DNA from: Raillietiella orientalis
Taxonomy: Eukaryota
Reading direction: 5' to 3'
NCBI GenBank assembly: GCA_036172245.1
Contig: JAYWIR010000007.1
Span: forward strand, 3,534,001 to 3,598,000
Length of the DNA stretch: 64,000 nucleotides
Part shown: positions 12,600 to 24,500 of the stretch, piece by piece
How the letters are laid out: the number at the start of each line of letters is the position of its first letter
How positions within the stretch are numbered: the first letter of the stretch is position 1
The notes under the pieces: generated by a model
The model's input: the letters and a program-made list of their open reading frames with translations, nothing else
What the model was told of the DNA's origin: nothing
Databases searched by the model: none
Translations under genes and position numbers: made by a program

Positions 12600-14200
12600 T
12601 GATTGATTGAACCCTAATTTAGCGGGGGTGATGCGAGTGATTCTTCTTTCGGGGTTGTAGTGCAGCACAGCATTTACAGTGAGCGGGCGGAGCAGTGGGC
12701 CGCGTGCCTCGAACCTGAGGATGGTGGAGCAGAATGAACGAATGGTCCGATTTCGAAGGAATGGTATTCATTCTTTAGGCACTATTTTCATGGGTTGTGT
12801 GAAGTTGCTCCGAAAGGACTGCTGCCGATTGTTCAACAGCGGAAATTTGTTTTGCACCATATATGCTAGAAGGGTACGATCAGGATGATTAAGAGGAATA
12901 GTTATGGAACACCTGTGAAGTGCCCATCTCAAAAGGAAGATTAAAGCAATCGAGTGAATATTTGAAATAGGGAGTCAGATAAGGCCAGCAAAGGCCATGG
13001 AGTATTGCGTCAACAAGCGCGGTGATGTAATGGGGAATTGAAGCAGGAAACATCCTCGTGAATAGGAGACAGATGGGGACGGTAATGATTAGGGAAGTCA
13101 AATTAAAAAGGAACATCTCTTTTAAAAAAAGGGGAACACGGAATTTTGTGATTTCTCTGCAGCATTCGCTCCTAACAAACCGATTGCGTTGAGGCGGGGT
13201 GCTGCTTCGGTGTGCAATACGGTTTTGTCAACGGGGTTTGAGTTAAAGCCGGATTGTGAGTGAGCCCGGCACGGGAAGAAATGAACAGAAGATGAAAGCG
13301 AGTTAGAAGCCTTCTGGGAAGAGAAATGCAATGATTGGAAATTGGAAAATTTTTAGTATTCTTGTGAAAAGGGTACTTGGAAATCGATACTCTCGTTTCG
13401 ATTCTTTCTCTTCCAGGCAACACATCAACGCAGATACCCTGAAGAGTGCAAGTTGGGTGTGTTTCCTGCATGCGTAACAGGTCAGGGAGAGGGGTATGGA
13501 TGGCGGTTAGGGAGAATGAAGGATGAATCATGGATGCTCATTGGTGGAGGAGGAATGGTTGGTGGATTGGTATTGCATCGATATTTTCATGTACTTACAG
13601 GTTCTGTAAGTGAAGTTGTAAGTATGGATGAGGACCGTGGCTAATTTATAAAGATCTGCTTGAAAGGGATAGAGATGAGCTTTGGGTATTGGAGAGTGTA
13701 AGAATTTGGACACATATGCCAGTTAAAGTGGTCACATGCGACTGAATCTCAGAGGGATACCCGTTGAATGATGGATGTTCAGGTTTCGAAAAGTAGAAGG
13801 GGAGACATAGGGTCAGTATTTTCTTTTTCTTGGTATGTGGAATGGTATGTGAGATGAATGTTGAATGCTTCAGCAAGTTTGCATGGAAAGTGAAAATGGA
13901 AGGATGCAAAAAAAAGAGCAGATGATGGGAATGCATACGGGGCAAATGTGGCTTGATTTTAGATAATGATGAAAACTAGTGCAATGAAGATGGTGATTGA
14001 AAGGGCGTTGGAAGAGCCAACTTAGTTAATGCGATGGTTTTCGATAGTGAATGGATTCTAGTTACGAGTCTGCACAGAGGGCCTTTGTGTAGGGATAGTA
14101 AAAGTTTTGAGGACTGAAGTTTGCATGGACGGATGATAATGGATATAGGAAGATGGAATATACATATATATGTATATACATATCTGGTGGAGGGATGAAA
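12600..14200 (-). mobile_element. Highly decayed non-LTR RT fragment, possibly a different clade
   Basis: Frameshifted YRP-ICLL near 13060-13090 and LLNNRQQSFR near 12810-12850 resemble RT YRPISLL and Q.GFR motifs. Confidence 0.35.
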
Positions 14201-14399
14201 CATGGACAGCGAAGAAGAGATGGAGTACATCATGAGTTTTCTGTTCCAATGTGCGGTACGCAGGCAGACGTATTTACGAAACGGGATGTGAAGAGCATGA
14301 TTAGATGGAAGATGGCAGCTCTAGAAAAGCGAAGGACATAAAGCCAACCTGTGGGTACTAGGTGTGGAATAGAATCACTTACATGACTGTCAAAATTTC

Positions 14400-15660
14400 G
14401 GTATTCCCACTCGAGAAGGTTTGTTTCTTTGCAGCCATCTGTTTGTGGTACTCGTTTAGGTTGTTGAGGTCACAGGTTTCACTAGGGCCGAGCTGAGTAG
14501 GTACGAATCTGTGCCGCATGCCGCAGAGCATCTTCGAAATAAAATTCCTCGTTTAGCTGAGGTGGTAGATTGTCGGATCCACAGAGAGAGCATCGATCTG
14601 GATTCCAAGGAAGGGGCTAGCTCGTTAGTGCAAGGCGTCTTCTTTTGACGCGCTGACCATGCGATTCGTGCTGGGAATTGGTACGAGAACAAAAGCAATT
14701 GCGATAAACCATGTTCTCCATCTCGTATCGTAAGTGGATTGAATCATCAGTGTCCGTGTTCCTAAATAGGGGATGCAGTTCTGGGGGTAACCGGGAACAG
14801 CAAAGTGGAACGTTCGGAAGTGCCTTTCATGCTCCTGTGCGCAGTCTCTGAGAGCCAAAGTTGAACTGCTCTTTGATTTCTGGATGATTAATAAAGCTGC
14901 AAAGCAAAAGTCGAAATTCCGATCCAACGAACTATTCAGCGGATCATGCACAGGAAGAAAATCGCCTATGTCTTCACCAAGCACAGCGTGAGAGTATTCT
15001 TCCCCTTTGCGGCATTTGGAACACGAGATGGTGGAAGAAAGAGCGCGTCGTGATTCCTGCAATTTCGCAAAGAGTCCCAGTCGAACTCGGGTCGGACTCT
15101 TCGCCGGGATGCCAACTACGGTGATGCCCAAACCTACTGAACCCCATAACCTCACGTACCAGCGCAAACCGTTGATAGATGGGTGAACGATAGATTTCAC
15201 TGCATCCATGTGCAGAAATCCAAGTGCATGCGGCTCGAGCGAACAACGTTGACGTCTTCGTTCCGATCGAACAGCCCTCGAAATGGAGGCAACGGAGATG
15301 GGAACCTCCTGTTTGTCTTTTGAATTTAGCGCAGGGAATACCGGAATGTTGAGGGGAGCTTCCTGCCTTGAACTCCGTCATGAATCCAAGGAGGCGCTGA
15401 CCGTTGTGTGCAGCTTCATTAGCATCGGGCAAGTTTCTATTCGTTCAAGGCCCCTCTGACAAAACGAAGGGCGTCTCACGATTCTTTCAAGGAAGCTGCA
15501 GACTGTTCCCTGTAGAGTGCTTGTCGTTGCGCCAGAGGTTCGAAGACCTGTGCTAGAGGAGCCTTCATTTGAACTGCTCAGCTCCGACAACAGACATTTC
15601 TCTTGCAGAGGATAGAAGTGGTGGACGTTCACATAAGCAGGAAGTGCGCGTGTGCACACT
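14400..15660 (-). mobile_element. Decayed L1-clade ORF2 C-terminal relic
   Basis: WGSVGLGI (GGLG-like) near 15130 and PWNPDRCSLCGSD (zf-RVT-like) near 14570-14610, in the expected order. Confidence 0.45.
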
Positions 15661-16249
15661 TTGGGAAAGCATGGAGGAGAGAATTTTTAGTAAAGGGTCA
15701 CGAAAATTTGCTGCTTTTCACTGAAGGAAGAAAGGAGTTACGGACGGTAAAGTATTCTATATGAGAAATGCACGCCTCGTGCAAGAGTGCAAGGTACAGT
15801 ATTGCAGCGAAGGAGATTCTTTGTTTTCAAGCTGAGGTGCAGATAGCTGAAACAAAATGGCATGTATGTCACTTTCAGTGTCATCCCCCCAAACTATCAT
15901 ATTTGAATGTGTCGAGGAGTGATGGGCGATGTATGAGATTTCCGATATGGTAAGGACACCAAAGATGCAATGCAGCGCAGCAAATTCTTACGACAGCTGT
16001 GTTCTGTGCATGGGAGCTGAATTGCGTTTTTGTCCTTCGTTGTCTTTTTGCTTCATGTTTTTATTTTTTTTGGTGAGGTTTCCTTTGCACCACCTGCTCT
16101 TTTCTCATTTCATCATCTTCAGGTTTTCGAATGACTTCTTGATTTTCTCTTTGACAAGTTTTTCGCATCCAGTGAGCCCACTTCCGTAAGTACATTTCTG
16201 GTTTCCACTTATCTCCTTAGATCTGCCGGCATTTTCAAGATTGGCTGCT

Positions 16250-17000
16250 GCATCTCGTCCGTTGTTTGCGCATTCGGACCACTGCAGTTATTTTTTATGC
16301 TCGAGCTTTCGATACCCCGGTATTGTGCAGACATTCCGTGGATGGCTGCATTTGTTGCAGCGTGCAGCTGGACATGCATCCACTCGATGTCTGCAGTTGC
16401 TGCCTACAAGACAAAAGTGGGGACTGCTTGCTATGCAGGACTTGAAAGTCGTGCGAGTAGGTCTCCCGTTGGTAGTGGCGTATAGTTTGATCTTGACAAG
16501 CGCTTCACCCGAGGTGTTTCCGAGCAAGTCTCCCGTTTGCTTCGATTTCCACGCAAACGGAGGTGCTCTCAGACGGTGTTTCGCTCCATCTCAGAGCTGA
16601 GGCCGAAAAAGTGGGCCGTCGTCGCATTTCCTTCATTCATTTTCTTCAACAAGCAACCGCTTAGGGAGATATCATCATCATTGACAGGACCATCGAGCAT
16701 TCTATCCTATGATCACAGTCTGCGTAAATGGTGAGTTTACCTGCAAGAGGGAATATCGTTCCCCCATCCCCCTCAAATCCACATTTTTTTTATAATGGTA
16801 TATATTTCTAGGTGGCGTGCCTTTGTCCTAACAACGCGACCGTTGACCGCATTTGGCGCAGTTATGGTCACAGTTTCGTAGAAGCTGCGTCCTGCTGCTG
16901 CAGGCGAGTTTACGTGCCTAACCATATGGTATGAGGCTTTGGGTGGCTCATCTCTTTCGCGGGCTGTCTCACTCTGGGCGTGTGTCTGATGAAGCTCTCT
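16250..17000 (-). mobile_element. Decayed LINE ORF1 relic related to 1-1000
   Basis: SGEALVKIKLY...PHFC...HRVDACPAARCNKC matches SGEAMV.MKLF...PTFC...HRVGSCPKARCSNC at 1-1000. Confidence 0.6.
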
Positions 17001-17691
17001 GCATCGACAGGCACTGCCCATTCTTCACTACATGGAAGGGTGGAAGATGTAAAGTTCACCGAGTTCTAGTGGCACAAACAGTAGAAAAACTGCCCTCAGA
17101 TGCACTTTAGTAGTTTGCACCTAACCAGTTTCAACCTAAACATTACGCTTCCCAGTAATGCGGTTTAGGGCCATCGCAGAGGTCAGCCTTTGGTGCAACA
17201 GCCGAGCATCACTCCGTCGTGATCAGGATCTCGAAACCAAGGTCGAGGGACCACAAGCTACAGAAGAATGCTCCAGAATACGGAATCTATAATGCGAATC
17301 TGTAAAACCTGCATAACGAATCATGGAGAGGCTTATACTTAGTGCCCGAAATGAACAGTAGGAATCCTCGACTATCGATTCAATCGTGCACACAAAATAC
17401 TAAACCGCGTGCACAACCCATGAATCCATTTCTTCATTCCCACTTTGTTTACAATTTGCGTGATTTCAGACCACCGTTCGGATGTTAATGAAATGATGAA
17501 TAGTAGAGTGAATTACGTTTACGGAGGCATACATTCGGGCTGTCGATGTAGCACCAGTCAGATGCAGCATCTCGTGCTGAATACGTGGTTCACGTACACA
17601 CGTACAGTCCTGTTCTTAAACTTACTAAACACAGGTGATCTGTTTTGCTGCCAAGTAAGCTGATTCCACATTCCTTCAGAATTACCATTTT

Positions 17692-18237
17692 TCATATTCC
17701 TAAAATCTTCCTCCTCTCCGGGATTCGTCGCAACAACATAGTTATTCTAAATATATAGTCTCCAGCTATTTCAGAATCCAACACAACCGACTCCTTTTGA
17801 TCAGCAAAAGTGTCCGCAAGAGGTTCCAAAGTTATCCTCACACCATACAACTTTACATACTTCAACATACTGGACTTTCCAGTCAGATTCCACAGTCCCA
17901 GCAACGTGCCCATCGTGCGGTTACGGAGATCGGTATGATACACAAAGCAACCAACATAATAACCTTCACTGCCAACAAGCCTCAACTCTTGACTAACAGT
18001 ATAAGCAGGCTTCGTAAAATCAAAATCCCTAAACCTAATACGCGCACCGGAATGCAACACCTTCCCAATCCAAGAGGAAGCACGTCCTAAATTGAGACGA
18101 TCATTAACACGCCTCCCAATTGAATTACGCTTACGATAATTACCAACAGAATGCAATACACGACGTCTACGACGTTATTCACGTAAAGAAACATTCCTGA
18201 GATCAGCACGATGACGTGCACGCGTAGCAACAGGCAT
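17692..18237 (-). pseudogene. Endogenous CRESS-DNA virus putative capsid gene (disrupted)
   Basis: ATG at 18237 gives MPVATRARHRADLRNVSLRE*RRRRRVLHSVGNYRKR (Arg-rich N-terminus, in-frame stop at 18175-18177), in frame with ORF 17692-18156. It contains KYVKLYGVRITLEP, similar to the Y.KI..VK....P motif of circo-like capsids, and is divergent from Rep. Confidence 0.6.
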
Positions 18238-18357
18238 CCTCACACCGCAACCTCTTGTATCCTAATGCATTCCAAAATGAAGAGAACAAAGAGAATACGA
18301 ACCCCCTGACCCCCTCACATTCCGCCAATTTGACACCGACTACGCAAAAACCACTTG

Positions 18358-18407
18358 GAAAGTGCAGAGGGTGACCCGAACCTCGGCACTTTCAAAACCG
18401 TATAAAA
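18358..18407 (+). promoter_or_regulatory. Intergenic stem-loop (candidate origin region) and TATA box upstream of viral rep
   Basis: GAAAGTGCaGAGG-gtgacccgaa-CCTCgGCACTTTC (13-bp stem, one mismatch), followed by TATAAAA at 18401-18407 and ATG at 18441. Confidence 0.5.
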
Positions 18408-18440
18408 CCAAAACACACACACACACCAAAGAGTTACAAC

Positions 18441-19415
18441 ATGCCGTACGCAAAGTGCACGCAGCGGTGCTTCACCTCCAACAACTGGACAACCGCAGAA
18501 GAAACAAGTACACAGGGAAGGTCACTTCGAAAAGAAAAACACGCAATCCTCGGTGAAGCAGGAAGCTCAACCGCTCATCTCCAGGGATGCTTCCAAACAG
18601 CAATACCTTCCACGATACCTCAGATAAAACGAATCCAACGTTTCTCAAGAGCTCCCGCCGAAACCGCCAAAGGAAATCCTCACCACAAAGAGACCAGCAA
18701 CCATGCGAAAGAGGCAGACTAGCTCCTGCTATACAGATCAAGTACATCGATTACAAGGACAAATGAACACAATGCATTTCAGATCATCGCATACAGAAAA
18801 AAAGGAAAGAACAGAAAAATATTTACGGGAAAACCAACCACAACCATTCGAAAAACAGAAAGCCTTCAACATCGACAGCATAAGACTCGGAAAATCCTAC
18901 TCTACAAACAATCCAATGATCCTCAAAAGATTACAACTATGGCAAAGAAAAACCTACATAGGCCTCATGCAAAGAGAACCCGACCACCGAAATACACTTT
19001 GGTACACCGACTACCAAGGAAGCTGGGGAAAAACCACAGCAGCTAAACATATCAAATGCGACGCACCGTACTTAACCAATCGCAAAAAGAGCGGCGCCGC
19101 CCACACGCGGAAGGGAGAAAAAATCATCATGCTGGACCTCCTCACACGACCACATCAACTACGGAATTATGGAAAGCCGATAAAACGGAATGCTGCGCTT
19201 CACTAAAACATCAATGTCACCTTAAATTACACGATCCACCTCGCTTCATCATCTTCCTCAACATGGACCGCTACTACGAGAAAATGGCAAGCGACCGCTG
19301 CACCATCCCTTATTCCACTGAAGATTTATTGGAACCAATGTCACCTGAGAATGGTATTTCACATGCCACTGCGCTGAGCATTTACGCGTTGAATCGAAAC
19401 CACGCTGCCGAATAA
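18441..19415 (+). pseudogene. rep: Endogenous CRESS-DNA virus Rep (HUH endonuclease + SF3 helicase), nanovirus/alphasatellite-like, frameshifted
   Basis: Motifs in the correct order across three frames: RCR I CFTSNN, RCR II HLQG, AETAKG..NHAKE (decayed RCR III), LWQ...PDHRNTLW.DYQGSWGKT (Walker A), IIMLDL (Walker B), INYGIMES.*NGM (B'), IIFLN (motif C), SDR (Arg finger). Confidence 0.9.
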
Positions 19416-19449
19416 TTGTCCACGAAAATCTCCCAGAAATCTTCCATTC

Positions 19450-20400
19450 AGTCTTTCTAAACGAGATGCCGGTGAGGATGCTCCACGCTCCTGAAGCAAT
19501 GTTCTGTTGCACCGTCTGACTTTGAAGTAGCACAGCTATTTCAACATGTTCCTGTCATCCACACCATCCACTTCATCCTTAGCTTTTGCAACATGGAAAA
19601 AAGGACAGATTGCACTGATGCGCAGCACACATCGGATGCACGCGCCTGAGCTGTTTTGTGCTTTGACAAGACACACGGATGCTCAAATATGCAGGTTGTC
19701 ATCACTTTGGGACTGCAGGAAGTGTTTCTCATCTCAACAACAGTATTCCTGTAAAACCATGCAGTCAACTATTAGGGAGACCTTCAGACGAGCAGACCGT
19801 GAGCAGCAAGCATACTGACGTTTCCCATCCCAATGTCACGACACCATGCAGTTTTCTAAAGTTTTGTCGCAAGCTGACACTTGAATTCTTGTCAAACACC
19901 TTTTTCTTTGTGAATGTCATCATGCATACGTAGATCAATCCCCATAAAAAATGAAAATGCTACCCATTTCAACTGTATCTCACTCTTCAATAAAAAACTT
20001 GGAAAGCCAAAATTGTTCGAAAGAATTTATTCATCTTGCAGCATCTAGTAAACACAGCTTTTCATTGACCAACATTCCAGTTCTACACAATCGACACGGA
20101 TAAATAACCATCAGCAAATCCAGATCAAAACACCATGAAGACGATTTCCTTTTCCTTTCCAGAACTTGACATTGGTGTTTAACATCTCCTCAAAATTCTT
20201 CTGGATTCATCTTAGGTACGGAAACGACGGGTTTCAAAAGCAATCTCCCAACTTTATTATCTGGCGTAGCATTTCCTCGAATATCTTTTTCCACGTAATT
20301 GAGCACTATGTCCAGCAGGATTTCCAAAGATAATGTGACATGTGCAATGTGGGTCAACTCAGACTGGCATTTCGTGGTCCTTTCCAAAGAGCGTTTGCTT
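19450..20400 (-). mobile_element. Possible decayed LINE ORF1-like relic
   Basis: HVTLSLEILL...GNATP weakly matches array-unit HVSLEESL...GTATP. CIRC...CP near 19600-19640. Confidence 0.3.
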
Positions 20401-20769
20401 TTCTGCGCTTGACCTGCGAAAAAAGGAAACCGAGACTAATCAATGTCTTTCAGTTCCTGGAAAGAAAATTTCAAACAACATGAAGTTCTGCAACAAAATG
20501 AAGTAAGTACGTTTGCGATGAATATAATTCCTTGAAAATACTCCCACTTACCACAAAACATGAGATTTTTGTTTTCTATCACAAAACCACATTTACAAGT
20601 ATTTAAATGAAAATCAACTAAACTAAACATCAAGGCAATGAGACAAGCATCAGAAACAACTCACCACCAACAACTTCCAAGAATTTTCAGCAGCAGGTCC
20701 TTCAGAATCGATGCTCCATATGTGCCAAAGCTCTTCTCCAGGAGTGATCCACAGTAAAAAAATCCTTCC

Positions 20770-21450
20770 CATGTTGATGGATCAAAAAAATCAAAAAAAA
20801 AAAGGGACGGGGAAGAGGGACAAGGGAAAACAAAAACCAAGGGAGGGCACAGAGAATGAGAATGAGGAACAACAAAAACAATTCAGCAAAACCAAAAAAA
20901 AAAGTGTCAACAGCAGACACGGGGACAGCCAAAACGTCACATGGGTAGGCATTCAGCCAACCATGCACAAGAAAAAAAAAAAACAGACGTAGCCATCAGA
21001 TCACAACCACGTAATGCAGAAAGCTCACAGTCAGCCACCGAAACAACCAGGCTGAAGAGAAGACAAAATAAAAAAATCCCAAACACTTTGGAGAGCAATC
21101 AAAACAAAAATCACCAAAAAGGAGACCCAAAGGAAAACAAATCCAAATCCACAAAAACCATGAGAACATCACCAAACACACAAAAAATTCGGGTGAGCAA
21201 AACAAAAAAAAAAGCAAATCACCCGAGAAAAGAGCATTGCAGTCTGTGCTTAAGCACACAGACAAAACAACATCCAAAAACGAAATCCACAAGGACGAAC
21301 TCAGGTAAAACCCGAGAAAAACAGCACCCATGACACCACAGACACCACTGCAGAAAAATCAAGCGATCAGTCCAAAAAAAAAGCACAAATCAAAGCAAAC
21401 AAACCAAAAACCAAAGCAGCAAAGAACTTCAAAGCATCGAAACAGGAAGG
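20770..21450. repeat. A-rich low-complexity tract flanking the array
   Basis: Dense A runs. Faint similarity to the LINE 3' UTR at 10740-10980 and 38100-38140. Confidence 0.6.
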
Positions 21451-21505
21451 CAGGAACCCACAACGACCGCTGCCCCTTGGCAAAGAACGTGGTCGCCAAG
21501 ATAAA

Positions 21506-24500
21506 CGAGCCCGCTGGCCGTGGCGGCCCACAGACGACCGGGGGAATCGCCGGGGCAACTCGGCCGACCGGAACTACTTCCAGATGAACCAGAACGCTTG
21601 CACTTTCACGCTTCAGACAACGAAGTGCGGAATGGGAAGCAAGGGAAGTGGGAACTTGCAAGGTGGGGAAGTATCCTAGGATTGAGGCTCGAGAAACAGG
21701 AAGGAAAAGCTCGCCTTAGAGCAACAGGCCCGCTCGGCGGTAGCGAGCGCTGAGCTCAGCAGGACGCACGGAAGAGGCGTGCCGGGGCAAACAGCGCCTC
21801 AACCGTCAAGAGGAGCGGTAACCTGGCAGCGGCATGTTCCGATGGGGGATCAGGGACCAAGCTGCGCATCCAGAAACTGGGAATTCCAATGTTGGGTGGT
21901 CGATCGTAGTGACTTCGAAGCTCACTCCACTTGGCACGCCAAGTGCAACTCTGGAGGAGGGAAAAGGAGAAAAGCGCATCACGGACTTTCGTCGAGGAGC
22001 TTCCTCGGGGGGAAGGTTAGCTCCCGAGGGGTCGCCGTGCCTGCGAGGACAGATTCGTCGAGATGTTCCTATAATGGTTTTTTGGCCAACTGAAGCGACT
22101 CTTCAAGGGACACGTGGGAAGACACAAAGCGAAGCATGGAACGCGGAGAGAGCCCGCGGGCCGTGGCGGCCCACAGACGACCGGCGGAATCGCCGGGGTA
22201 ACTCGGCCGACCGGAACTACTTCCAGATGCACTAGAACGCTTGCACTTTCACGCTTCAGACAACGTGAAGTGCGGACAGGGGGAAGCAAGGGAAGTGGGA
22301 ACTTTGCAAGGAGGGGAAGTATCCTAGGATTGGCTCGAGAAACAGGAAGGAAAAGCTCGCCTTAGAGCAACAGGCCCGCTCGGCGGTAGCGAGCGCTGAG
22401 CTCAGCAGGACGCACGGAAGAGGCGTGCCGGGGCAAACAGCGCCTCAACCGTCAAGGGGAGCGGCAACCTGGCAGCGGCATGTTCCGATGGGGGATCAGG
22501 GACCAAGCAGCGCATCCAGAAACTGGGAATTCCAATGTTGGGTGGTCGATCGTAGTGACTTCGAAGCTCACTCCACTTGGCACGCCAAGTGCAACTCTGG
22601 AGGAGGGAAAAGGGAGAAAAGCGCATCACGGACTTTCGTCGAGGAGCTTCCTCGGGGGGAAGGTTAGCTCCCGAGGGGTCGCCGTGCCTGCGAGGAGAGA
22701 TTCGTCGAGACGTTCCTATAATGGTGTTTTGGCCAACTGAAGCGACTCTTCAAGGGAAACGTGGGAAGACACAAAGCGAAGCATGGAACGCGGAGAGCCC
22801 ACTGGCCGTGGCGGCCCACAGACGACCGGCGGAATCGCCGGGGCAACTCGGCCGACCGGAACTACTTCCAGATGCACCAGAACGCTTGCACTTTCACGCT
22901 TCAGACAACGAAGTGCGGAATGGGAAGCAAGTAGAAGCGGGAACTTGCAAGGAGGGGAAGTATCCTAGGATTGGGGCTCGAGAAACAGGAAGGAAAAAGC
23001 TCGCCTTAGAGCAACAGGCCCGCTCGGCGGCGAGCGCTGAGCTCAGCAGGACGCACGGAAGAGGCGTGCGCCGGGGCAAACAGCGCCTCAACCGTCAAGG
23101 GGAGCGGCAAAATCTGGCAGCGGTATGTTCCGATGGGGATCAGGGACCAAGCAGCGCATCCAGAAACCTGGGAATTCCAATGTGGGGTGGTCGATCGTAG
23201 TGACTTCGAAGCTCACTCCACTTGGCACGCCAAGTGCAACTCTGGAGGAGGGAAAAGGGAGAAAAGCGCATCACGGACGTTCGTCGAGGAGCTTCCTCGG
23301 GGGGAAGGTTAGCTCCCGAGGGGTCGCCGTGCCTGCGAGGAGAGATTCGTCGAGATGTTCCTATAATGGTTTTTGGCCAACTGCTGACTCGGGCGGAAAC
23401 GTGGGAAGACACAAAGCGAAGCATGGAACGCGGAGAGCCCGCTGGCCGTGGCGGCCCACAGACGACCGGCGGAATCGCCGGGGCAATCCGGCCGACTGAA
23501 ACAACTTCCAGATGCACCAGAACGCTTGCACTTTCACGCTTCAGACAACGAAGTGCGCGGAATGGGAAGCAAGAAGGGACCGGTGTAAGGAGGGGAAGTA
23601 TCCTAGGATTGGGGCTCGAGAAACAGGAAGGAAAAGCTCGCCTTAGAGCAACAGGCCCGCTCGGCGGTAGCGAGCGCTGAGCTCAGCAGGACGCACGGAA
23701 GAGGCGTGCCGGGGGAACCAGCGCCTCAACCGTCAAGGGGAGCGGCAACCTGGCAGCGGCATGTTCCGATGGGGGATCAGGGACTACAGCGCATCCAGAA
23801 AACTGGGAATTCCAATGTTGGGTGGTCGATCGTAGTGACTTCGAAGTCGACTCACCTGGGCGCTGGGTGCAACTCTGGAGGAGGGAAAAGGGAGAAAAGC
23901 GCATCACGGACTAATGAAGAGCTCTCTCGGGGAAGGTTAGCTACTGAGGGGTCGCCGTGCCTGCGAGGAGAGATTCGTCGAGACGTTCCTATAATGGTTT
24001 TTTGGCCAACTGAAGCGACTCTTCAAGGGAAACGTGGGAAGACACAAAGCGAAGCATGGAACGCGGAGAGCCCGCTGGCCGTGGCGGCCCACAGACGACC
24101 GGCGGAATCGCCGGGGCAACTCGGCCGACCGGAACTACTTCCAGATGCACCAGAACGCTTGCACTTTCACGCTTCAGACAACGAAGTGCGGAATGGGAAG
24201 CAAGGGAAGTGGGAACTTGCAAGGAAGGGAAGTATCCTAGGATTGGGGCTCGAGAAACAGGAAGGAAAAGCTCGCCTTAGAGCAACAGGCCCGCTCGGCG
24301 GTAGCGAGCGCTGAGCTCAGCAGGACGCACGGAAGAGGCGTGCCGGGGCAAACAGCGCCTCAACCGTCAAGGGGAGCGGCAACCTGGCAGCGGTATGTTC
24401 CGATGGGGGATCAGGGACCAAGCTGCGCATCCAGAAACTGGGAATTCCAATGTTGGGTGGTCGATCGTAGTGACTTCGAAGGTCACTCCACTTGGCACGC

